The notes below the pieces were generated by a model. The model saw only the letters and a list, made by a program, of their open reading frames with translations, made no database searches and was not told where the DNA came from. From NCBI GenBank assembly GCA_965224465.1, contig OZ245049.1:2730001-2762000 (forward strand): a DNA stretch of 32,000 nt, written 5' to 3'. Below, piece after piece: positions 1 to 8,379 of the stretch (position 1 is the first letter of the stretch; each line of letters starts with the position of its first letter). The DNA comes from Flavobacteriaceae bacterium (GTDB taxonomy: Bacteria; Bacteroidota; Bacteroidia; Flavobacteriales; Flavobacteriaceae). The position numbers and the translations under genes were made by a program.

Positions 1-5
1 AAAAC

Positions 6-13
6 TACCTTTG
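6..13 (+). promoter_or_regulatory. Candidate Bacteroidota -7 promoter box (TACCTTTG, TAnnTTTG type) upstream of the PorP/SprF gene
   Basis: Exact TAnnTTTG match about 110 nt upstream of the ATG at 123. The -33 region lies outside the window. Confidence 0.2.
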
Positions 14-122
14 CATTGATTTTCTAGTAGTTATAAGAAAACACACAGAACATCCTGTAAAAAAATTAATAAGTTACCCCATAAGCATGCATTCACAACG
101 CGCTTATCAATTTACGACACCC

Positions 123-1031
123 ATGAAACGATTGATATTTCTTTGTTTAGGAATTTATTCCTACACCCTCACCGAAGTAAATGCTCAACAAGAACCACAG
201 TTTACTCAGTACATGTATAACATGTTTATTATCAACCCCGCATATGCAGGATCCAACAATGTACTTACAGCTGTAGGATTTTACCGTTCTCAATGGAACG
301 ATATACCTGGAGCACCTAAAACTATTTCGTTTACAATGGAGAAACCATTGAGTAACGAAAAAATAGGCGTCGGTTTTACAGCGTATTCAGATCAAATAGG
401 TCCCTCCAAAGAATTATTTGCCAGTCTAAGTGCCTCCTACTCCATCCAAACCAGTCAGAATAGCGAACTCTCTTTTGGATTGAAAGCTGGAATTCACAAC
501 TTGGCAGTAAACTTTAACCAAGCGAATTACCAACATGAAGATTTGATAGAAAACTTCAGTAAATTTTCTCCAACAATAGGTCTTGGAGCCTTTTGGTACA
601 GTAATAATTGGTATGTTGGTGCATCGATCCCAAACATACTACAAACAAATTATTTAGATCCTGTCCTAAAATCTGAAGCTTCTAAAAAACCACATTATTA
701 CCTTACTGCTGGTTATATTTTTATGCTTAATGACAACTTAAAATTTAAACCAGCTGCATTATTAAAAGCAGTAACTGGAGCTCCTATGAGTTTTGATATC
801 AGTGCAAATTTTATGTTTAGCGATAAATTAACTTTAGGAACTGCCTACAGATTAGAAGATTCTGTAGCTTTATTAACAAGTTTTCAAATCACCGAACAAT
901 TAAATCTAGGATATGCTTTTGACTATGGCATAGGAGATATTTCCGAAATCTCTAAGTTCTCTCATGAATTTATGCTTAAATATGAATTCAATTCTTACAG
1001 AACACGTTCCTATTCTCCACGTTTTTTCTAA
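123..1031 (+). CDS. PorP/SprF family type IX secretion system membrane protein
   Basis: Signal peptide MKRLIFLCLGIYSYTLTEVNAQ, then the family-typical N-terminus QEPQFTQYMYNMFIINPAYAG. Beta-barrel-like alternating pattern ending in an aromatic C-terminus (RFF). Start moved from 87 to the ATG at 123, which gives a proper signal peptide. Confidence 0.8.
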   Translation: MKRLIFLCLGIYSYTLTEVNAQQEPQFTQYMYNMFIINPAYAGSNNVLTAVGFYRSQWNDIPGAPKTISFTMEKPLSNEKIGVGFTAYSDQIGPSKELFASLSASYSIQTSQNSELSFGLKAGIHNLAVNFNQANYQHEDLIENFSKFSPTIGLGAFWYSNNWYVGASIPNILQTNYLDPVLKSEASKKPHYYLTAGYIFMLNDNLKFKPAALLKAVTGAPMSFDISANFMFSDKLTLGTAYRLEDSVALLTSFQITEQLNLGYAFDYGIGDISEISKFSHEFMLKYEFNSYRTRSYSPRFF

Positions 1032-1351
1032 TCCAAAAACACTACCTACCTAACAGGGCATCTCAAAAAGGTGCTCCATAAAACCAACCTAATACACCCA
1101 GCCTGCGTAGTTCTACTATCACTTAGAAAATAAGACATACAATGGATAGATTTCTATCTATAACTAAAAAACAAGCGGAGGTAAATGATGTTAGAGAAGC
1201 CACACATCAAAGGACATTTGCTGCTTATTATTAAATTAGGACTTACATCGAGATCCTCACAGCGCCTTAGACCCGTATAACTTTATAATGCCGCATGATA
1301 CTTATTCTTTATTACACGCTATTTTAATGGGTATCACTTTTATAGTGCGAA

Positions 1352-1514
1352 AATAACACCAAACACCTTTTCAAGTCACGGTTTAGAAGTATCCTTATTT
1401 TTTGTTTTAGCTAACCGAAAAATCTAAGGATAGCTATTGCTATCGTTCTATTTTTAAACAAGGCTAGGACGTAAAACAAACTATTTATATCGCTTATTTT
1501 GGATTGTAATTGGT
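1352..1514 (-). repeat. Intergenic hairpin repeat, copy A (inverted relative to copy B)
   Basis: The reverse complement aligns end to end with 21923-22082 and 27687-27838. It contains GATAGC-AATA-GCTATC flanked by TTTGTTTTA / TAAAACAAA arms. Confidence 0.85.
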
Positions 1515-1600
1515 GTAATTCTATATAATGATACGGACTTAACAAATAAATTGGCATCGAACAGCATTCCATAGAGAAGAAACACCTTGATATATCACAT

Positions 1601-1636
1601 AAAAAAACCGCAACATCCAAAGATGTGCGGTTTTTT
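1601..1636. terminator. Bidirectional rho-independent terminator downstream of tRNA-Ala
   Basis: AAAAAAA-CCGCAACATC-CAAA-GATGTGCGG-TTTTTT: a 9-bp stem with one bulge, with an A-run on one side and a T-run on the other. Confidence 0.7.
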
Positions 1637-1637
1637 G

Positions 1638-1711
1638 TGGAGCATATCGGAGTCGAACCGATGACCTCTTGGCTGCCAGCCAAACGCTCTAGCCAACTGA
1701 GCTAATGCCCC
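1638..1711 (-). tRNA. tRNA-Ala (anticodon GGC)
   Basis: The reverse complement GGGGCATTAGCTCAGTTGGCTAGAGCGTTTGGCTGGCAGCCAAGAGGTCATCGGTTCGACTCCGATATGCTCCA folds as a cloverleaf. It has a 7-bp acceptor stem with the G3:U70 alanine identity pair, anticodon loop CTGGCAG and T-loop TTCGACT. CCA is not encoded. Confidence 0.93.
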
Positions 1712-1720
1712 ATTTTATTT

Positions 1721-2518
1721 TTATACATCGCCTTGTAAAATCAACAAAGGCATTCTGCATTCAAAATCTTCTTTCTTTACGCTATTGTCTTTCCAAAGTT
1801 TTTCAAAAAATCCTTTTTTCCGACGAATAACACATATTAAATCAGGAGAATTAGCATTCAAATGCTCAAGTAAACCCTGAAAAATAGTCCCGTTTTCCGA
1901 GGTTTTAAAAGTACTACAAATATTGGTCAACTCTTGATTTATTATCAAATCTTTTTCCTTGACATAAGGCGTTATCACTTGCAATAAATTCAATGTGATT
2001 TTAAACTCCGAATGCATTGTATGCAAAGGCAATAGCACATCGTCTCTTTTTAGAATTCCAGATTTAATTGCCATAAATACCCTTTGAATCGGTTTAAATA
2101 CATACGTATTCGGCACAATAATAATTGGACAATCTATGTTTTGGATCATATCTCCAGTAAACTTCCCGATATAAAGCTGCTGACTTCGGGTATTGGTACG
2201 TGTTTTCCCTATGATTAAATCAAGTTCTTCTGTCTGTTGTAATTCCCAAATGCAATCTAACATATTTCCCTTTCGACATAACTGAGTAATCGAAACTTTT
2301 TTACAATCCATAGATGCTATCAAAAATTTCAACTCATCAATCGCCAAAATTCGCATTGCTTCATCGACTCTGGTAATGGTATTTGCCATGCGAATCTCAC
2401 CATAAGAATGCAATACAATTAGCGTAGCATTTACTTCCGAAGCAAAATCAATAGCGTATTGTAGCATTGCGCTACTTCTCTCAATGGTTTTTATAGGAAC
2501 TAGAATAGTTTTCATCAT
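1721..2518 (-). CDS. Universal stress protein family protein (tandem USP domains)
   Basis: 265 aa. N-terminus MKTILVPIKTIERSSAMLQYAIDFASEVNATLIVLH is typical of USP-fold proteins. A second half repeats the pattern (VFMAIKSG ... LICVIRRKKG). Confidence 0.55.
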   Translation of the reverse strand: MMKTILVPIKTIERSSAMLQYAIDFASEVNATLIVLHSYGEIRMANTITRVDEAMRILAIDELKFLIASMDCKKVSITQLCRKGNMLDCIWELQQTEELDLIIGKTRTNTRSQQLYIGKFTGDMIQNIDCPIIIVPNTYVFKPIQRVFMAIKSGILKRDDVLLPLHTMHSEFKITLNLLQVITPYVKEKDLIINQELTNICSTFKTSENGTIFQGLLEHLNANSPDLICVIRRKKGFFEKLWKDNSVKKEDFECRMPLLILQGDV

Positions 2519-2526
2519 GCATTTAT

Positions 2527-2534
2527 TACATTTG
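2527..2534 (+). promoter_or_regulatory. Candidate -7 box TACATTTG for the GNAT-MATE-crotonase-QueD gene string
   Basis: Exact TAnnTTTG match 65 nt upstream of the ATG at 2600. Confidence 0.3.
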
Positions 2535-2599
2535 TTCTGGCAAACGTTTTACGAAGCTACAAAAATTATTCATTCATTTCAATTTTGTTTTAAAAAAAT

Positions 2600-3130
2600 A
2601 TGTCTATTCAACTTGCACAAAAACCTGACACTACGCCAATTATTCAACTTTTGAAATGCTGTGGTGAAGACTTAAGAAACAAGCAGATTTATCAATGGAA
2701 TGCGCATTATCCCTCTTTAGAAGTCATAGAAAAAGACATAGCACTACAGCAATTATTTATCTTAAAAAACAATGACAAGATTATAGGAACAATTGTTTTA
2801 AGTCCAGTGATGGACAGAGAATACAAGGATATAAACTGGAAGGATCTAAACCAAAAAGCACTGTACATACACCGACTTGCGATACATCCGTCAGCGCAAC
2901 AAAAAGGACATGCACAACACATGATGGATTTCGCAGAAACGTTCGCCTGTGAAAACAAGTATCAGAGTATCCGTTTAGACACCTTTAGTAAAAACAAAAG
3001 AAACCTACAATTTTACACACAAAGAGGTTTTGAAAAAGTAGGGAACATCTTTTTTCCATTGCAAAGTGATGCCCCATTTTACTGCTACGAAAAAAATACA
3101 AAAACAACCAATCCAGCTATAGGAGCTTAA
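2600..3130 (+). CDS. GNAT family N-acetyltransferase
   Basis: 176 aa. Acetyl-CoA binding motif region IHRLAIHPSAQQKGHAQHMMDFAE, followed by LDTFSKNKRNLQFYTQRGFEKVG. Confidence 0.75.
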   Translation: MSIQLAQKPDTTPIIQLLKCCGEDLRNKQIYQWNAHYPSLEVIEKDIALQQLFILKNNDKIIGTIVLSPVMDREYKDINWKDLNQKALYIHRLAIHPSAQQKGHAQHMMDFAETFACENKYQSIRLDTFSKNKRNLQFYTQRGFEKVGNIFFPLQSDAPFYCYEKNTKTTNPAIGA

Positions 3131-3133
3131 AGC

Positions 3134-4471
3134 ATGTACAAAACAACCATAAACTTTAAAAGCATAAACAAACTTGCCATTCCTGCTATCATCGCTGGAA
3201 TTTCCGAACCTTTGCTATCTATAACAGATACTGCAATTGTGGGAAACATACAGATAAACCCTACACAAGCATTGGCAGCGGTAGGAATTGCAGGCTCCTT
3301 TATATCGGCTTTGGTCTGGATATTAGCACAAACACGCTCTGCCATATCCGCTATTGTAGGTCAATATTTGGGTGCTAAGAAACTTCATGAAATTGCTACG
3401 CTACCAGCGCAAATTATTGCAATTAACCTAATTCTAAGCATCCTTATATACATAGTAACCATCTTTTTTATATCAGAAATTTTTACTTTATACAATGCAG
3501 AGGGCGTGATTCATCAGTATGCCGTAGATTATTATAAAATTCGCGCACTTGGATTCCCACTCACCTTATTTGTGTTTTCTGCTTTTGGAATCTTCAGGGG
3601 AATGCAAAACACGTTTTGGCCTATGATAATAAGCATTGTCGGAGCCATATTGAACGTAGGCTTAGATTTTGCATTGGTCTTTGGAATTGAAGGACTCATT
3701 GCCCCAATGCACATTGAGGGCGCAGCTTGGGCAAGCGTAATTGCACAAGGTGTCATGGCAATACTCACCCTAATTTTAGTCCTTAAAAAAACACCTTTTT
3801 CACTTAAATTAGTATTCCCATTTAATAAAGAAATCAAACGATTATTACAAATAAGTTTGAACTTGTTTATAAGGGCATCCGCCTTAAACATCGCGTTGTA
3901 CCTTGCCAATTCTTATGCCACCAGCTATGGAAATCATTATATTGCAGCGCAAACAATGGCCTTCCAAATTTGGCTTTTCTTTGCTTTTTTTATCGATGGA
4001 TATGCCAGTGTTGGAAACATTGTTTCTGGAAAATTACTCGGAGAGAAGGATTATCCAGCTATATGGAATTTGAGTCTTAAACTAAGCAGGTACAGTGTTT
4101 TTGTATCAGCACTACTGGCAGGAACTTGCTTCGTATTCTACCAACCCATAGGAAGATTATTTTCTCAAGACCCACATGTACTAGAAGCTTTTTATTCGGT
4201 GTTTTGGATCGTATTAATAATGCAACCTATAAATGCTGTTGCATTTGTATTTGATGGTATTTTCAAAGGATTGGCAGAAGCAGTAACCCTGCGTAACTTA
4301 TTACTTATTGCAACTTTTACAGGCTTTATACCTACGCTGTTAATTGCGGATTATTTTGGATTGAAACTACACGGAATATGGATGGCTTTTACTATTTGGA
4401 TGCTTTTACGCGGAGGAATTTTAGTCTCAAAATTTCGAAAGAAATATTTACACAAAAAGCAGTACCTTTAA
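3134..4471 (+). CDS. MATE family efflux transporter (DinF-like)
   Basis: 445 aa and about 12 hydrophobic helices. N-terminus NKLAIPAIIAGISEPLLSITDTAIVG is typical of MATE proteins. Confidence 0.8.
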   Translation: MYKTTINFKSINKLAIPAIIAGISEPLLSITDTAIVGNIQINPTQALAAVGIAGSFISALVWILAQTRSAISAIVGQYLGAKKLHEIATLPAQIIAINLILSILIYIVTIFFISEIFTLYNAEGVIHQYAVDYYKIRALGFPLTLFVFSAFGIFRGMQNTFWPMIISIVGAILNVGLDFALVFGIEGLIAPMHIEGAAWASVIAQGVMAILTLILVLKKTPFSLKLVFPFNKEIKRLLQISLNLFIRASALNIALYLANSYATSYGNHYIAAQTMAFQIWLFFAFFIDGYASVGNIVSGKLLGEKDYPAIWNLSLKLSRYSVFVSALLAGTCFVFYQPIGRLFSQDPHVLEAFYSVFWIVLIMQPINAVAFVFDGIFKGLAEAVTLRNLLLIATFTGFIPTLLIADYFGLKLHGIWMAFTIWMLLRGGILVSKFRKKYLHKKQYL

Positions 4472-4474
4472 GCC

Positions 4475-5230
4475 ATGGAAAACGGAAGTCTATACACCTC
4501 GATTCAACAAGGAATTGCCCACATCGAGTTTTATCATCAAGCGAGTAACTCACTCCCTTCAAACCTGTTAGAACGCCTAGCAAATGCATTCAACACCTTA
4601 AGTACGAACAACGAAGTACAGGTAATTATCTTAAAAAGCGAGAAGGAAAAGACCTTTTGTGCTGGCGCTTCTTTTACCGAGCTAACCGCCATATCGACTG
4701 CAGCTGAAGGCGCTGATTTTTTTATGGGCTTTGCCAATGTTATAAATGCCATGCGCAATTGCTCCAAACTCATCATTGGACGTGTCCAAGGAAAAACCGT
4801 AGGTGGAGGAGTAGGACTAGCGGCAGCCTGTGATTATTGTTTTGCCACTGAAGCAGCATCGATCAAACTATCCGAACTCACCATTGGAATTGGACCTTTT
4901 GTAATTGCTCCTGCCTTAGAACGCAAAATGGGTGTTGCTGCGTTGAGCGAACTCACATTAGATGCTACGCACTGGAAAAATGCTTATTGGGCACAAAAAA
5001 AAGGACTCTATGCACAGGTTTTTGAAAACATCAAGGACATGGATACATCCTTAAACTCATTCGCAGAAAAATTATCTAAGTACAATCCAGCTGCATTGAC
5101 TCAGATTAAAAAAACATTTTGGGAAGGGACAGAACACTGGGATATATTGCTAAAAAAACAAGCATTGATAAGTGGAAAATTAATCCTTTCTGATTTCACA
5201 AAACAAGCACTCAAAAAATTTGACATATAA
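4475..5230 (+). CDS. Enoyl-CoA hydratase/isomerase (crotonase) family protein
   Basis: 251 aa. Crotonase oxyanion-hole segments FCAGASFTEL and GKTVGGGVGLAAACDY. Confidence 0.75.
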   Translation: MENGSLYTSIQQGIAHIEFYHQASNSLPSNLLERLANAFNTLSTNNEVQVIILKSEKEKTFCAGASFTELTAISTAAEGADFFMGFANVINAMRNCSKLIIGRVQGKTVGGGVGLAAACDYCFATEAASIKLSELTIGIGPFVIAPALERKMGVAALSELTLDATHWKNAYWAQKKGLYAQVFENIKDMDTSLNSFAEKLSKYNPAALTQIKKTFWEGTEHWDILLKKQALISGKLILSDFTKQALKKFDI

Positions 5231-5412
5231 TGATGTTACACTTACTATCGATAGCGCAACAAATAGATATCGAAGATAAATTAGATAAAGCACCCAACGA
5301 CAGTTATCAAATTGGCGTAATAATAGGCACATTCCTACCGTTTCTTGTCTTGGCAGGATTGGCTTATTGGGCATTTCACAAAGCAAAAAACAGACAGGAT
5401 TTAGACGATTAA
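5230..5412 (+). CDS. Small single-pass membrane protein, function unknown
   Basis: 60 aa with one hydrophobic helix (IGVIIGTFLPFLVLAGLAYWAF). Its start overlaps the crotonase stop (TAATG) and its stop overlaps the queD start (TAATG), which suggests translational coupling. Confidence 0.5.
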   Translation: MMLHLLSIAQQIDIEDKLDKAPNDSYQIGVIIGTFLPFLVLAGLAYWAFHKAKNRQDLDD

Positions 5413-5864
5413 TGATGGCGAAAATTAGAATTACAAAACAGTTTGATTTTGAAACTGGACATGCCTTATATGGCTACGATGGAAAATGCAAAAACGTACA
5501 CGGACATAGTTATAAATTAGCAGTAACCGTTTTAGGAACTCCTATTGACGACATGTCAAACAGTAAATGCGGAATGGTCATAGATTTTGGAGATTTAAAA
5601 CGCATTGTCAATACAGAAATTGTAGAGAAATTTGACCATGCTACCGTATTTAACAAAAACACACCCCATGTAGAATTGGCTGAAGAACTAAAAAAACGCG
5701 GTCATGATGTTATTTTAGTTGACTACCAACCTACCAGCGAAATGATGTTGATAGATTTTTCAAAAAAAATACAAGCGCTACTCCCTGAAAACATTCACCT
5801 ATTCTCCTTAAAACTACAAGAAACTGGAAGCTCCCACGCTGAGTGGTTTGCTAGTGACCAATAA
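5412..5864 (+). CDS. queD: 6-carboxy-5,6,7,8-tetrahydropterin synthase (QueD / PTPS family)
   Basis: FDFETGHAL and the CxxxHGH motif (CKNVHGHSY). About 150 aa from the ATG at 5412. The 5367 start in the ORF track overlaps the upstream gene and is unlikely. Confidence 0.8.
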   Translation: MMAKIRITKQFDFETGHALYGYDGKCKNVHGHSYKLAVTVLGTPIDDMSNSKCGMVIDFGDLKRIVNTEIVEKFDHATVFNKNTPHVELAEELKKRGHDVILVDYQPTSEMMLIDFSKKIQALLPENIHLFSLKLQETGSSHAEWFASDQ

Positions 5865-5921
5865 GAAAAACACAAAGAACAATCCACTTCTTTAACAGAC
5901 ATCCTAAATAACAGTCTAATA

Positions 5922-5972
5922 CCAATTACAAAACATTTCTAAACCGTCACTTAGAAATGTAGCTGGTATTAT
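5922..5972 (+). repeat. Short form of the intergenic repeat (copy E): left end joined to right end, hairpin core absent
   Basis: ACCAATTACAA is an 11-nt match to the left end of copy A. TTCTAAACCGTCACTTAGAAATGTAGCTGGTATT aligns with the right ends of copies A, B, C and D. Confidence 0.65.
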
Positions 5973-5976
5973 GATT

Positions 5977-6000
5977 GCCAGCAGCCCTTTTTCTGCTGGC
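5977..6000 (+). other. GC-rich stem-loop between queD and tex
   Basis: GCCAGCAG-CCCTTTTT-CTGCTGGC, a perfect 8-bp stem. No T-tract follows on either strand. It ends 22 nt before the tex ATG. Confidence 0.5.
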
Positions 6001-6022
6001 ACAATGATAAACACTACTTTCT

Positions 6023-8152
6023 ATGACGCTTACCGCCTACATTCAACAATACACTCAAATCCCAACAAAGGGATTGACTGCTACCATTCAACTTTTAAAC
6101 GAAGACTGTACACTTCCATTTATCGCTCGATACCGGAAAGAACTCACTGGAAACCTAGACGAAGTAGCAATTGGAGAAATTATAACGTACAAAAAACAGT
6201 ACGAAACCATAGAAAAACGCAAGGAATCCATTCTAAAATCTCTGACAGAGCAAGGTGTATTGACCGATATTTTAAAAGATAAAATCGAAAAAACTCAAGA
6301 CCTAACCACATTAGAAGATATTTATTTGCCTTTTAAAAAGAAGCGAAAAACTAAAGCTGATACGGCCAAAGCAAACGGTTTAGAACCTTTGGCAAAAACC
6401 ATCATGGCACAGCGTTCCAATACAATAGAAAGCATTGCAGAAAACTACCTTAACAAAGAAGTTACAAATTCTGCATTAGCATTGGAAGGAGCAAGGCATA
6501 TTATTGCAGAATGGATCAATGAGCGTAGTGACATTCGTACACGTTTAAGGAAACAATTCAGTAAAAAATCTGCCATAACATCAAAAGTAATAAAAACAAA
6601 AAAAGACGATGAAAAGGCACAAAAATACCGTGATTATTTTGAATGGGAAGAACCCTTAAGTCGCTGTCCTTCCCATCGTTTACTTGCCATACTTAGAGCA
6701 GAACATGAAGGGTTTATCCGTTTTAAAATTGCAATCGATGAAGAAGATGCTCGTTTGGGTATTGAGGATAAAATTATTCATTCAGACAATCAGAGCGCAG
6801 ATCAAATTGCAGAAGCTATTGAAGATGCCTATAAACGCTTATTAGCCCCTTCTCTTTCCAAAGAAACACTCAAAACAGCCAAGGAAAAAGCCGACAACGC
6901 AGCAATTACAGTTTTTGCAAAAAACCTACAACAACTATTGTTAGGAGCGCCCTTAGGAGAAAAAAGCATTTTAGCCTTGGACCCAGGCTTTAGATCTGGA
7001 TGTAAACTAGTTTGTTTAGATGCACAAGGTGACATTCAACACAACGAAAATATCTACCCTCATGCACCACAAAATCAAAAAAACGAAGCCATAAAACGCA
7101 TTCAAATCTTGGTGAATAATTTTGATATAGAAGTGATTGCCATCGGAAATGGTACCGCCTCGAGAGAAACAGAAGCCCTCGTAAAAAGTATTACATTTGA
7201 TAAAAACATAGAGGTTTTTGTGGTCAGTGAAGCAGGTGCCTCCATTTATTCCGCTTCTAAAATCGCCAGAGAAGAATTTCCTGATTACGATGTAACCGTC
7301 CGCGGTGCAATCTCTATCGGAAGACGCTTGGCGGATCCTTTGGCAGAATTGGTGAAAATTGATGCCAAATCTATTGGTGTTGGACAATACCAACACGATG
7401 TAGATCAGACCTTACTCAACCATCAACTAGATACAGTAGTAGAACACTGTGTAAATAAAGTAGGCGTAAACATAAATACAGCAAGCATATCACTATTGAG
7501 TTATGTTTCTGGAATTGGCCCCAAATTAGCAGAAAACATCGTGAGTTATAGAGCTGAAAACGGTGCTTTTAAATCGAGAAGCGAAATAAAAAAAGTAAAA
7601 CGATTGGGCGCGAAAGCCTTTGAACAAGGTGCTGGTTTTTTACGTATTAAAAAAGCTAAAAACCCCTTGGATGATTCCGCTGTACATCCAGAAAGCTATG
7701 GCATTGTGAAACAAATGGCAAAAGACAGTAACTTAAGTATTCCAGAACTCATTGGAAACACGCAAGTACTGAGCAATCTAAATCTGAGAAGTTATTGTAC
7801 TGACAGCATTGGCTTGCCGACATTAAATGATATTGTATCCGAACTTAAAAAACCAGGATTAGACCCACGTGAGAAAGCAAAATCATTTTCATTTAACGAA
7901 CATATTCACAGTATAAACGACTTAATCGCTGGCATGGTACTTCCTGGAATTATCAATAACATCACCAACTTTGGTTGCTTTGTAGACATAGGAATTAAAG
8001 AAAGTGGATTGGTTCATATTTCCAACCTATCAACTACTTTTGTTAGTGATATCAATTCCGTTGTGAGCTTACAACAACAAGTAATGGTAAAAGTACTGGA
8101 GGTAGATATTGCTAGAAAACGTGTCCAATTAAGTATGAATTTCACAGAGTAA
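6023..8152 (+). CDS. tex: Tex-like RNA-binding transcription accessory protein
   Basis: 709 aa. N-terminal PFIARYRKELTG signature, a central YqgF/RuvC-like region (ILALDPGFRSGCK), an HhH region, and a C-terminal S1 domain (GMVLPGIINNITNFGCFVDIGIKESGLVHISNLS). Confidence 0.9.
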   Translation: MTLTAYIQQYTQIPTKGLTATIQLLNEDCTLPFIARYRKELTGNLDEVAIGEIITYKKQYETIEKRKESILKSLTEQGVLTDILKDKIEKTQDLTTLEDIYLPFKKKRKTKADTAKANGLEPLAKTIMAQRSNTIESIAENYLNKEVTNSALALEGARHIIAEWINERSDIRTRLRKQFSKKSAITSKVIKTKKDDEKAQKYRDYFEWEEPLSRCPSHRLLAILRAEHEGFIRFKIAIDEEDARLGIEDKIIHSDNQSADQIAEAIEDAYKRLLAPSLSKETLKTAKEKADNAAITVFAKNLQQLLLGAPLGEKSILALDPGFRSGCKLVCLDAQGDIQHNENIYPHAPQNQKNEAIKRIQILVNNFDIEVIAIGNGTASRETEALVKSITFDKNIEVFVVSEAGASIYSASKIAREEFPDYDVTVRGAISIGRRLADPLAELVKIDAKSIGVGQYQHDVDQTLLNHQLDTVVEHCVNKVGVNINTASISLLSYVSGIGPKLAENIVSYRAENGAFKSRSEIKKVKRLGAKAFEQGAGFLRIKKAKNPLDDSAVHPESYGIVKQMAKDSNLSIPELIGNTQVLSNLNLRSYCTDSIGLPTLNDIVSELKKPGLDPREKAKSFSFNEHIHSINDLIAGMVLPGIINNITNFGCFVDIGIKESGLVHISNLSTTFVSDINSVVSLQQQVMVKVLEVDIARKRVQLSMNFTE

Positions 8153-8219
8153 GACCTTCTTTAAATTATTAGATTCGTATCATTATACAAACTAATTTTT
8201 TCAAGATAAAAGATAGAAT

Positions 8220-8255
8220 AGCTTAGCATAGCATTTGTTATGGTAAGCTATTTTT
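8220..8255 (+). terminator. Probable rho-independent terminator of tex
   Basis: AGCTTAGCAT-(10 nt loop)-ATGGTAAGCT, a 10-bp stem with one mismatch, followed by ATTTTT. Confidence 0.45.
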
Positions 8256-8256
8256 A

Positions 8257-8347
8257 CAAATAGCTTATTTCACGTTCTAACATCATTAAAAAACAACACA
8301 ATAGCAAGGGTATTCATCCATTTTCAACCTAGCTAAAACAAAAAACA
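8257..8347 (+). repeat. Decayed copy (F) of the intergenic hairpin repeat
   Basis: CAAATAGCTTATTTCACGTTCTAAC...AATAGCAAGGGTATTCATCC...CCTAGCTAAAACAAAAAACA aligns colinearly with copy B at roughly 70 % identity by hand. Stems are eroded. Confidence 0.55.
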
Positions 8348-8379
8348 GGACGACAACTTGCTTAAGCAATCGCTATCCA

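Noticed and set aside
87-122. Upstream start codons offered by the ORF track (87 for PorP/SprF, 19221 TTG for the receptor, 25815 for HupE/UreJ, 5367 for QueD)
   Set aside because: Internal ATGs give proper signal peptides or conserved N-termini. For hupE a -7 box lies inside the extension, and for queD the extension overlaps the upstream gene.
1142-1234. 30-codon ORF (MDRFLSITKKQAEVNDVREATHQRTFAAYY) in the ORF-free gap
   Set aside because: It is too short, has no upstream TAnnTTTG box that I could find, and has no hydrophobic or recognisable peptide pattern. It is not reportable without conservation data.
1411-1683. 90-aa ORF on the minus strand
   Set aside because: It reads through repeat copy A, the terminator hairpin and part of tRNA-Ala. 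It has no recognisable protein features and is an artefact of non-coding sequence.
5971-6282. 103-aa ORF overlapping the tex start in another frame
   Set aside because: The Tex frame shows the conserved PFIARYRKE N-terminus. The alternative frame has an Arg/Ser/His-rich composition typical of out-of-frame reading.
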